The notes under the pieces: model-generated | Told to the model about the DNA's origin: nothing | Seen by the model: only the letters and a program-made list of their open reading frames with translations | Databases searched by the model: none | Made by a program: the position numbers and the translations under genes | Origin: an uncultured Planctomycetota bacterium | GTDB lineage: Bacteria > Planctomycetota > JAJSAM01 > JAKLKS01 | Assembly (NCBI GenBank): GCA_964555565.1 | Contig: CAZKTF010000006.1 | Coordinates: 1 to 39,838 of the forward strand | Length of the DNA stretch: 39,838 nt | Direction of reading: 5' to 3' | Part shown: piece by piece, positions 26,154-33,363 of the stretch | Position numbering within the stretch: the first letter of the stretch is position 1 | Layout: the number at the start of each line of letters is the position of its first letter

Positions 26154-26360
26154 GCAGCACCTCACAGGTGTCCCGACGCCTCATTCTAGGGGCGCGGGGC
26201 GCGCGGGCGGTCCACCCATCGGGGGAGTCCACCGAGTTGCGGAACGCGGATGCGGCCGCCTCCCGGACCTCCGGCTCGGATCGGTCGAGGCCCCGGGCGA
26301 GCGCGGCACGCGTCTCCGCGTCCTCGACGAGGCAACCCATAGCGGGGATGCATGTTGAGC

Positions 26361-26409
26361 TGGAGCCCGCGGTCGGATTTGAACCGACATCCTTCGCTTT
26401 TCGAAAGCG
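26361..26409 (-). repeat. att site: duplicated 3' portion of tRNA-Thr
   Basis: 48/49 identity to 29106-29154. Confidence 0.95.
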
Positions 26410-26436
26410 CGGGTTCAGCCTCGGATTGTGCCCGAT

Positions 26437-26458
26437 GGGGGCGCCCAGGGGGGCGATC
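26437..26458 (+). repeat. 22-bp arm-type-like direct repeat, copy 1
   Basis: GGGGGCGCCCAGGGGGGCGATC, identical to 29016-29037. Confidence 0.75.
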
Positions 26459-26560
26459 GAACGAGAATCCGGCCCCTTCGGGGGGCCTGGCGGTGACGGG
26501 CGGGGACCGCTCGCCCTCCTGCGGCAGGCCCGGGGCTGCCCCCACCGGCCGGCCGAGTCG

Positions 26561-27049
26561 CTACCCCCCGCTCAGGTGGTCTCCGAGGGGATCCAGCACC
26601 GGAATCTCGACGCCCCGCAGGGTGAGGCCCACGACGCCCTCGCGGCCGTCGTAAACCAGGCGCCCCTGCGCGAGGGCATCCCTCCCGACTATCGCTCTGA
26701 CGTTTCCCAGGTGCCGGGCCTCCACGGCATGAGTGGGGACGGAGACCTCACCGGCAAGACCCCGGAAGTGGAGCCGGCCGGGCGAGGAGGGGCGCTCCCT
26801 CCGCCTCCCGTCGGCCACCTGGATCGTCGCGGTCCCCGCGGGCAGCACGCCGAGGCGCGCGAAGGTCCCCCCCGGCAGGACCGTGAAACTCGCCCCGGTG
26901 TCCACGAGGGCGACGAGTTCCACCGGGCCCGGGACGGGAATGCCCAGCTCCCTGCGAACCTGCTCCTCCTCCGAGCTGACGCCGAACCGGACCCGAACGA
27001 GCGCGCCGAAGTCCTGGAGCCGGATGGCCCGGAGCGGGAGCCCCGTCAC
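26561..27049 (-). CDS. Retropepsin-like (clan AA) aspartyl protease
   Basis: ALVDTGASFTVLP catalytic motif, VADG flap, IVGRDAL; GTG overlaps the upstream stop. Confidence 0.88.
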   Translation of the reverse strand: MTGLPLRAIRLQDFGALVRVRFGVSSEEEQVRRELGIPVPGPVELVALVDTGASFTVLPGGTFARLGVLPAGTATIQVADGRRRERPSSPGRLHFRGLAGEVSVPTHAVEARHLGNVRAIVGRDALAQGRLVYDGREGVVGLTLRGVEIPVLDPLGDHLSGG

Positions 27050-27291
27050 ACGAGGAGGGACGCCGCCCCGAGGAAAGCCGGGACCTCCTCCTCGCGGGGG
27101 ATGATGCGCTTGACGAGGAACGGGCGCTCTTCCCACAGGCGCCGGTAGCCCTCCCGGAGCGCCTTGGACTCCGAGGGGAACGTGCCGAGGACCCGGTCCC
27201 CCTTCACGAGCGCCCAGGCCCCGCGGCTCTCCCGGAGTAGCCGGGGCAGCGCCCGGCGGAATGCGGCGACTTCGCGGCGGAGCGGGTTCAT
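27046..27291 (-). CDS. Small DUF5678-like protein
   Basis: F...LPRLL....GAWALVKGDRVLGTF.....AL..GY......PFLVKRI pattern; GGAGG RBS; TAGTAT -10 upstream. Confidence 0.75.
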   Translation of the reverse strand: MNPLRREVAAFRRALPRLLRESRGAWALVKGDRVLGTFPSESKALREGYRRLWEERPFLVKRIIPREEEVPAFLGAASLLV

Positions 27292-27987
27292 CTGGTCCTC
27301 CCGGGGCAGCGCATGCCGACCTCGGGGATACTACGGTCCCGGGCGGACAGGCCCGAACCCTCCGAGGCCCTCCGCCTGCCGCCCCGTCGCTCCCGAGTGC
27401 CCGTCTCCCGGCACCCGGATCGCCCCCGCCGTGGCCCGCCTGCGCGCCCTCGCGGGCTGCCGGCGGCCGGGCCGGACCTCCTCGCCGCCCTTGCGGTCCA
27501 CCAGGGAGAGGGGCCCCCCACCCCGGGGGGTCCCGACGCGGGCCGGCGGCTCTACTGTGGTGGTACCCACCGCCGCCTGACCGTGCGATCCATGCTGGGG
27601 GTGAGGGGCTCGGTCTTCCGTCCCGCAGGCGCCCACCTCCGGCCGCAGGGGGCCCGCTGGGCCAGGGGACGGCGGCCCCCGGGTCCCTCCGCCTCTGCCG
27701 TCGCCTCACGGTGGTCCGCGGGCCCCGCCGCACGCCGTCCACGGGGGGGTCGCGGTGCAGCCCGCGATCTCTGGGACGGCTGGATCCACGCGTCGTCCTC
27801 CTCGGCCGTCCCTGCCATCCCACCCCCGGGGGGGGGCGTGAGGTTCACGAGACAGGTACCTCGGCCGCCGACCCTCAGTGGGCCCCGTCGCTCAACTGGT
27901 ACGAGTTCGTGCAGGGACTCCGTCGGGGGAGAGGGCTTGCGCCCGACCGGTAGCCCGAGCGATGCTGCCCGCTGTGAGGACTCGCTG

Positions 27988-28254
27988 ATGGCCGCCAAGC
28001 CAACGGACCTCGAGGAGGACGACTTCGAGGTACTTGAGCACGCCTTCTTCACGTGGCACTGGTACAATTGCCCGCGACGACTCCTCACCGACAGTGCGTG
28101 CTGCCGGAGCGAGGTTGGCTATCGCTGGGCGGTCGCCGTGTCGGGGCAGGTGTTGGCACTTGAGCCACCGGGAGCGGACCCTCCCGGGCTGACGGTTCTC
28201 GGGAGCTGCTTCGACCTCTGGAGAACGGCCATGGAGACGGCGGGGAAGAACTGA
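27988..28254 (+). CDS. Hypothetical protein (islet cargo)
   Basis: GAGGA RBS, ATG, protein-like composition; stop 1 nt before the next ATG. Confidence 0.45.
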   Translation: MAAKPTDLEEDDFEVLEHAFFTWHWYNCPRRLLTDSACCRSEVGYRWAVAVSGQVLALEPPGADPPGLTVLGSCFDLWRTAMETAGKN

Positions 28255-28255
28255 G

Positions 28256-28792
28256 ATGCTCGCGCCGCGGGAGTCCCCGGGCGTGAAGGTGAACGCCGCG
28301 GGCAACGGGCTGGAGTGCGCGGCCTGTGGCACGCACCTGACGGGCTCCTGGAGAGATCATCGATGTGCCGAGTACGCCGCGGCCAGCCACCTTACCCAGG
28401 ACCAATACGCGGGTGAGAACAACGGCACCCGCGGTCCCTCTCTCCCGGAAGTTCCCGGCGGGCAGCAAGTCTCGCAGCACCGTCACGGATGGCAGACCTG
28501 GACCGGAGTCGTGCTGACCGTGGTCTTCTCGGTCACCTTCCTGTGGTGGCGGGTATCCGAGGATCTCATGCTCAGGGCCCTCCTTTTCGGAGCGGCACTC
28601 TTCGCGGGTGGCGGGATCTGGATCCTCCTCTTGGACAGGCTCACATTCCGCCTCCTCGCCGTGGAGCAGCGCCTGAACACCTACCAGGGGGAATTCGAAG
28701 ACGCGCCTCGCGGGGCCATGAAGGCACTGGCCGCGGCCTACGTTGTCGCGTTCCCTGCCCTCGTTGTGTGGCTCTGGTCGTTGCCGATGTAG
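28256..28792 (+). CDS. Hypothetical membrane protein (CxxC N-terminus, ~3 TM helices; islet cargo)
   Basis: CAAC...HRC followed by three hydrophobic segments. Confidence 0.55.
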   Translation: MLAPRESPGVKVNAAGNGLECAACGTHLTGSWRDHRCAEYAAASHLTQDQYAGENNGTRGPSLPEVPGGQQVSQHRHGWQTWTGVVLTVVFSVTFLWWRVSEDLMLRALLFGAALFAGGGIWILLLDRLTFRLLAVEQRLNTYQGEFEDAPRGAMKALAAAYVVAFPALVVWLWSLPM

Positions 28793-28982
28793 TGGATTCG
28801 CGGCACACGTCGCCGGGGTCGCCCTGTCGGACGTGGCCGCGGTCCTCGGCCACTCCTCGTTGCAGATGGTGCAGGCCCGCTACGGCCGCCACGTCCCGGC
28901 CAGCGCGCCGGTCCTCGCGGCGGAACGCCTGGAGCGGTTCCTCTCCTCGCCGGAGCGGCCCCCCGTGGCGCGGGCCGAGTAG
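28793..28982 (+). pseudogene. Tyrosine integrase C-terminal remnant
   Basis: AGVALSDVAAVLGHSSLQMVQARY matches the box II LGH...Y motif; the N-terminal part is missing; lies next to the att/tRNA. Confidence 0.8.
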
Positions 28983-29015
28983 GGGCATCGTGGGCACCCG
29001 GGGGGCGGGATCGAG

Positions 29016-29037
29016 GGGGGCGCCCAGGGGGGCGATC
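29016..29037 (+). repeat. 22-bp arm-type-like direct repeat, copy 2
   Basis: Identical to 26437-26458; a degenerate copy (GGGCACCCGGGGGGCG) lies at about 28992. Confidence 0.75.
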
Positions 29038-29105
29038 TATGCCCCCATCATGCGGTCCCATCGGGTCGCCATCGGGCGCGATCCGGCGGTTTTCATAGGG
29101 GGAAG

Positions 29106-29180
29106 TGGAGCCCGCGGTCGGATTTGAACCGACATCCTTCGCTTTACGAAAGCGACGCTCCACCGTTGAGCTACGCGGGC
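29106..29180 (-). tRNA. tRNA-Thr (anticodon CGT)
   Basis: GCCCGCG acceptor stem, GCTC/GAGC D arm, TCGCT-TTCGTAA-AGCGA anticodon arm, GTTCAAATC T loop, encoded CCA. Confidence 0.95.
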
Positions 29181-29239
29181 CCGGCCGAGGTGGGAGTCGG
29201 AGGATAGCACCGTCCCGCGCGGACGCCCAAGGGAGGAGA

Positions 29240-29321
29240 GGGGACGTCCGCAAGTAGTCAAGTATCCGGGGCGTTGTTCGAGGGAGAGAGCCTCGCTACT
29301 TGACTACTTGCGGACGTCCCC
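29240..29321. repeat. Perfect 25-bp inverted repeat with a 32-bp spacer
   Basis: GGGGACGTCCGCAAGTAGTCAAGTA ... TACTTGACTACTTGCGGACGTCCCC; related half-site at about 35785-35806. Confidence 0.85.
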
Positions 29322-29341
29322 CGCCTACTTAGAATGCGGCC

Positions 29342-30556
29342 GTGAAGGCCCCGCCGAACCCGGCCCCGCCGCGCCCGGCGCCTCCCAACGCGGCGCCGGG
29401 CACGGCACCGGAGTGCGCGCGTTGCCAGAAGCCGCTCCGCCAGGAGTGGAACTTCTGCCCGGACTGCGCCTTCCCCGTGGGGACGGACCCGGGCACGCTC
29501 TCCTCGCAGATCCGGGTCCTCCTCCCGCCGCCTCTCGACCCGGGCCTCCCGCGGCCCGGCCCCGCGCCGGGCCCGCGCTGGCCCGCCATTTTCGCCGGGC
29601 TCGGGCTCGTCGTGGCCCTGGGCGCCGTGGGCGTCTTCGTGTGGCACCCGGAGCGGCTCGCGGCGCTCCTCGGCACGCCCCCTCGCTCGAGCCTCCCCCT
29701 GCCGGCCCCCTCCGACGCCCCCGACCCGGGCACGCCCGGGCTCCGCTGGATCCTCGTCCCCGCCGGGGAGTTCGGCTACGGCCCCCCGGCCGAGGGGCAT
29801 CCCTTCTCCGAGACCGTGGACCTCCCCGCCTTCGAGATCTCCCAGTACGAGATCACGAACGAGCAGTGGCGCGAGTACCTCCTCGCGCGCCGCGAGGACC
29901 TGGTGGCCTCGGGGAAGTGGCGGGCGGCTGTCCCGTCCTACTGGGAGTGGCCCGGGAAGGAGACCGGGGACCCGCCCCCGGAGGGGATCGGCGAGGGCGG
30001 CGTGCGCCTCCCCCCCGAGGAGGCCGCCCTGCCGGTGCGCGGCATCACCTTCGAGCAGGCCAGCATCGACTTCTGCGGGTGGCTCGACAGGTCGGGACGG
30101 GCCCGCGGGGCGCGGCTCCCCGCGGAGGACGAGTGGGAGAAGGCGGCCCGCGGCACCGCCGCGCCCACCTATCCCTGGGGGGAGAAGTTCTGGTTCGAGG
30201 CGCGCGTCCCGGGGACGAGCGAGACCTTCCTCGAGCCGGGGGCGGTGGTGCGCCAGGGGAAGCCCTCGGCGGTGAACAGTCCGGGGCATGACGTGAGCCC
30301 CTGCGGCGTCTACCACATGGGCGGGAACGTCTCCGAGTGGACCGACCTCCGGCGGCTCGCCCCCGGCGAGACCCGGTCGGCCGGGCCCCACGACCTCTAC
30401 CGGGCCATCCGCGGGGCCTCCTACCAGGACGGGAAGGACGGGGAGTTCTACGCCAAGACCTGGCGGAACGACGTGCGCTGGGAACTCCGGGTGAGCGCGC
30501 TCTTCGTGGGGTTCCGGGTAGCCCGGTCGGTCCCCGAGCCGTCGGGGAAGAGGTGA
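29342..30556 (+). CDS. Zinc ribbon + TM + FGE-sulfatase (SUMF1/CLec-fold) domain protein
   Basis: CARC...FCPDC; TM helix; VPAGEF, FEISQYEITNEQ, RLPAEDEWEKAARG, YPWG, GVYHMGGNVSEW, IRGASY, GFRV. Confidence 0.88.
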   Translation: MKAPPNPAPPRPAPPNAAPGTAPECARCQKPLRQEWNFCPDCAFPVGTDPGTLSSQIRVLLPPPLDPGLPRPGPAPGPRWPAIFAGLGLVVALGAVGVFVWHPERLAALLGTPPRSSLPLPAPSDAPDPGTPGLRWILVPAGEFGYGPPAEGHPFSETVDLPAFEISQYEITNEQWREYLLARREDLVASGKWRAAVPSYWEWPGKETGDPPPEGIGEGGVRLPPEEAALPVRGITFEQASIDFCGWLDRSGRARGARLPAEDEWEKAARGTAAPTYPWGEKFWFEARVPGTSETFLEPGAVVRQGKPSAVNSPGHDVSPCGVYHMGGNVSEWTDLRRLAPGETRSAGPHDLYRAIRGASYQDGKDGEFYAKTWRNDVRWELRVSALFVGFRVARSVPEPSGKR

Positions 30557-30560
30557 TCGG

Positions 30561-31133
30561 GTGGCGGCCGGCGACGCCGAGGTCGTGGCGCGGGTCCTCG
30601 GGGGAGACGTCGAGGCCTACGCGGTCCTGTTCCAGAAGTACGCCCGGGTCGCCCACGCCGTGGCCCTCGCCCGCACGACGCGCCGGGAGGCCGCGGCGGA
30701 GGTGACCCGGAAGGCCTTCGAGAAGGCCTACGCCGACCTGGAGCGGATCCCGCCCGGGGTGCGCTTCCCGCAGTTCCTCCTGAACGCGGTCCAGGAGATC
30801 GCCCGGGGGTACGCCCGGGAGCCCGGGCGGGGCCTCTCCCTTCTGCGGCCGAGGCCCGGGGAGGCCCGGGGCGCGGGGCCCGCGCTCGACCTCCGGCCGG
30901 TCCTCTCCCCGATGGTCGGCGAGGACGCGGCCCTCGTGGTGATGGAGACCGTGGCGAAGCTCCCCCCCAACTACCAGGTCCCGTTCCTCCTCCGCTACCT
31001 CGAGGGCATGTCCTACGCCGCGATCGCCGAGGCCACCGACTTCCCCGTCCAGGAGGTGCACACGGCCATCGACGGCGCGCGCCGGCTCTTCGAACGGGAG
31101 TTCCGGTTCGCCCTGGAGAAGGCCGCGTCGTGA
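30561..31133 (+). CDS. Degenerate ECF sigma-70-like protein
   Basis: DAEVVARVLGGDVEAYAVLFQKY N-terminus and LPPNYQVPFLLRYLEGMSYAAIAE sigma4 motif; coupled to an anti-sigma gene. Confidence 0.8.
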   Translation: MAAGDAEVVARVLGGDVEAYAVLFQKYARVAHAVALARTTRREAAAEVTRKAFEKAYADLERIPPGVRFPQFLLNAVQEIARGYAREPGRGLSLLRPRPGEARGAGPALDLRPVLSPMVGEDAALVVMETVAKLPPNYQVPFLLRYLEGMSYAAIAEATDFPVQEVHTAIDGARRLFEREFRFALEKAAS

Positions 31134-32689
31134 GGTGCCCCGAGGTCTCCCCGCTCGTCCAGCCCTGGGCCGACGGGGAACTCCCCGCCGCGGACCGCGG
31201 GCTCCTGGAGGAGCACGTCGCCTCCTGCCCCTCCTGCCGGCGCGAGACGGCGCGGGTGCGGGACAACGGGGCCTTCCTCCAGGAGATGCTCCAGGGCTTC
31301 CGGCTCCCGGGCGACTTCGACAGGGCCTTCCTGTTCCGCCTCCCGAGGAAGTCCGCCCGGGCGGTCGCCGCGGCCGCCGCCGCGGCCCCCGCGCCCGCGG
31401 CCGGGACCACGGTCATCACGGCGGCGCCCGCGAGGGGCGGCTCCCCGGCCGGCTGGATCGCCGGGGCGGTCCTCGTGGCCCTGGTCGCCGGCCTGGCCTG
31501 GTGGTTCGGGAGCGGTGAGGAGGACCGGCCGGCGGACGGCCAGGGCCGGCCCGCGCCGATCCCCCGGTCGAAGGACGGGAAGGGCCCGGCGGACGCCCGG
31601 CCCGTCCCCCTCCCGGGGACGAAGGGGCCGGGACCCGCGGGCGTCGGCCCGAAGCCCCCGGTCCCGGGCGGCGGCGAGGCGGCCGGCGGTCCCGCGGCCC
31701 GGACGGCCGAGGACCTCATCCGGCTGCTCAGGAAGGGCGGGCGCTACGGCCCCGTGGTGGCCCAGGGCTGGAGCATCCTCGCGGCGAGCGCCGCCGAGGC
31801 GGCCCGCATCCGGGAGGCCCTCGCGAAGGAGACCGCGCCCGAGGTCCGGGCCGCCCTCGCGCTCCTCCTCGGGGCGTCGAAGGAGGAGGCGAACCTCGAG
31901 GCGCTCCGCGGGCTGCTCCGGGACGGGAGCGCGCTCGTGCGCCAGGCGGCCATCCTCGGCCTGGCCCGCGCCCTGTCCCTCGATAGCCCCGTCAAGCAGA
32001 GGCACCAGGTCGGCCCCCCCCTCTCGTTCGGGGTGGAAGTCGGGGCGATGGGAGAGGCCGGGGGTGTGGCGGAGTTCGCCGGGCTCCTCGGCGGGGAGCC
32101 GGACGCGGGGGTGCGCGCCACCCTCTTCCAGGTCCTCGGGGCGAGCGCCGCCACGGAGGCCACCGCGCGGCAGAGGCTCCTCGACGCCCTCAAGGGCGAC
32201 TTCGGGGACGAGCTGCGCGACGAGGGGCTGAAGGGCCTCCAGGGGGTGAAGGAGGCCACGCTCCCGGCAGCCCTGGCCGAGCTCCTCCGCGAGCCGACCT
32301 TCCCGAAGAGGCTCCAGCAGCCGGTGCTCGCCCTCATGCTCGAGGCTGACCGGGTCGCCGCGTCGGAGGCCCTGGCCGGGATCGTCTCCGGGATCGAGGA
32401 CGCCGACCTGCGCCGCCACGTCCTGGACGGTGTGGCCTCGGGGGCCGGCAAGGGGGCCGAGAAGGCGCTCCTCGACGCGCTCTCCGGGGACGCCGAGGCG
32501 GGCATCCGGTCGGCCGCGGCGGCCCACCTGGCGCGCTATCCGACAGAGGAGACCCTGGCGGCCCTGGAGAAGGCGTCGGAGCACGACGAGAACCAGGGGG
32601 TGCGGGAGACGGCGGCGCGGAGCCTCGAGCAGGTCCGCCGGGTGCTGGAGGCGCGCAAGCAGGAGACGCCGCACGAAGAGGTGAAATAG
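31130..32689 (+). CDS. zf-HC2 anti-sigma factor with TM helix and extracytoplasmic HEAT repeats
   Basis: C...DGEL...HVASCPSC (HxxxCxxC), TM helix, repeated VR.AA..AL HEAT units; GTGA overlap. Confidence 0.85.
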   Translation: MRCPEVSPLVQPWADGELPAADRGLLEEHVASCPSCRRETARVRDNGAFLQEMLQGFRLPGDFDRAFLFRLPRKSARAVAAAAAAAPAPAAGTTVITAAPARGGSPAGWIAGAVLVALVAGLAWWFGSGEEDRPADGQGRPAPIPRSKDGKGPADARPVPLPGTKGPGPAGVGPKPPVPGGGEAAGGPAARTAEDLIRLLRKGGRYGPVVAQGWSILAASAAEAARIREALAKETAPEVRAALALLLGASKEEANLEALRGLLRDGSALVRQAAILGLARALSLDSPVKQRHQVGPPLSFGVEVGAMGEAGGVAEFAGLLGGEPDAGVRATLFQVLGASAATEATARQRLLDALKGDFGDELRDEGLKGLQGVKEATLPAALAELLREPTFPKRLQQPVLALMLEADRVAASEALAGIVSGIEDADLRRHVLDGVASGAGKGAEKALLDALSGDAEAGIRSAAAAHLARYPTEETLAALEKASEHDENQGVRETAARSLEQVRRVLEARKQETPHEEVK

Positions 32690-32694
32690 CAAGA

Positions 32695-32831
32695 TAGGGG
32701 TCAGACCTCGGGCGTTTGCAAACCGTGCCTTCATTCCCCTCGTGTCGCTCCCCAGCGTTTGCAAACGACTGGGGTCTGACCCCTCTGCCCCTCAGCACCA
32801 GCGTTTGCAAACGCCCGAGGTCTGACCCCTA
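32695..32831. repeat. REP/MITE-like element, subfamily A
   Basis: Perfect 29-bp terminal inverted repeat TAGGGGTCAGACCTCGGGCGTTTGCAAAC, with three GTTTGCAAAC palindromes. Confidence 0.9.
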
Positions 32832-33023
32832 GCGTCTACGCGCGGGCACCGGGTGGAGCTCCTCGTCGCTCTCCACGGGCGCCGGGGCGGCGGGCTTCAT
32901 CCGGGCGATCATCCGGGAGACCTTCTTCTCCCAGACGACCTTGATGCAGCCGGACATGTAGGGGCAGTCCCTGGTCAGGCAGACGAAGTCTTCCCGGCCG
33001 TAGCACCACTTCTTCTTGCCCAT
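32829..33023 (-). CDS. Small Cys-rich hypothetical protein (64 aa)
   Basis: GGAGG RBS, ATG, MGKKKWCYGREDFVCLTRDCPYMSGCIKVVW; GC3-biased; TAGAAT upstream. Confidence 0.65.
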   Translation of the reverse strand: MGKKKWCYGREDFVCLTRDCPYMSGCIKVVWEKKVSRMIARMKPAAPAPVESDEELHPVPARRR

Positions 33024-33161
33024 GACAGGACCCCTCCGTGGGCCAGGACCGTCCCCGGCCCGCGCCGGCCGCCCCGGTTCCGGGGCGCCCCACGGCACCG
33101 AGCCCGGGGATTCTAACCCCCTCCCCCCTCCCCCACAAGGGGTAGAGGGCCTTCGCCCTAG

Positions 33162-33202
33162 CCCCCCTCTTCGGGGGGGGGATCTCCCCCCGAAGAGGGG
33201 GG
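33162..33202. repeat. GC-rich intergenic palindrome
   Basis: CCCCCTCTTCGGGGGG ... CCCCCCGAAGAGGGGG. Confidence 0.55.
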
Positions 33203-33309
33203 GGCATCCAGGATTCGTCGGTCCCCGGGGCGCGCGGCTGGAGGAGATTCCTTGAACGTAACCCTTGATAAGACAACTGGTTGCATTCTCCTGGCAGCGC
33301 TAACTCCCC

Positions 33310-33344
33310 AAACGAAGCGGGCCGCCCCGGTCGGGGCGGCCCGC
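33310..33344 (-). terminator. Rho-independent terminator of the HEAT/TPR gene
   Basis: GCGGGCCGCCCCG-AC-CGGGGCGGCCCGC followed by TTCGTTT on the minus strand. Confidence 0.75.
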
Positions 33345-33363
33345 GAGGATCGGCGTTCGAAGG

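Larger units (their letters stand above)
26361..29154. mobile_element. tRNA-Thr-integrated genomic islet with a degenerate integrase
   Basis: att direct repeats, 22-bp internal arm-like repeats, integrase C-terminal remnant, visibly lower-GC cargo. Confidence 0.88.

Noticed and set aside
26361-26430. Second tRNA (Ser-CGA)
   Set aside because: Lacks the 5' acceptor strand and D arm; it is only the att duplication
27300-27960. Several overlapping ORFs in the middle of the islet
   Set aside because: No convincing RBS, codon bias or motif; probably intergenic or decayed sequence
29342-30556. FGE/CLec domain as a diversity-generating retroelement target
   Set aside because: No reverse transcriptase and no TR/VR near-duplicate differing at adenines seen in the window
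32695-32831. GTTTGCAAAC repeats as a CRISPR array
   Set aside because: Repeats are short palindromes in inverted arrangement, the intervening sequence is conserved between loci, and there are no cas genes
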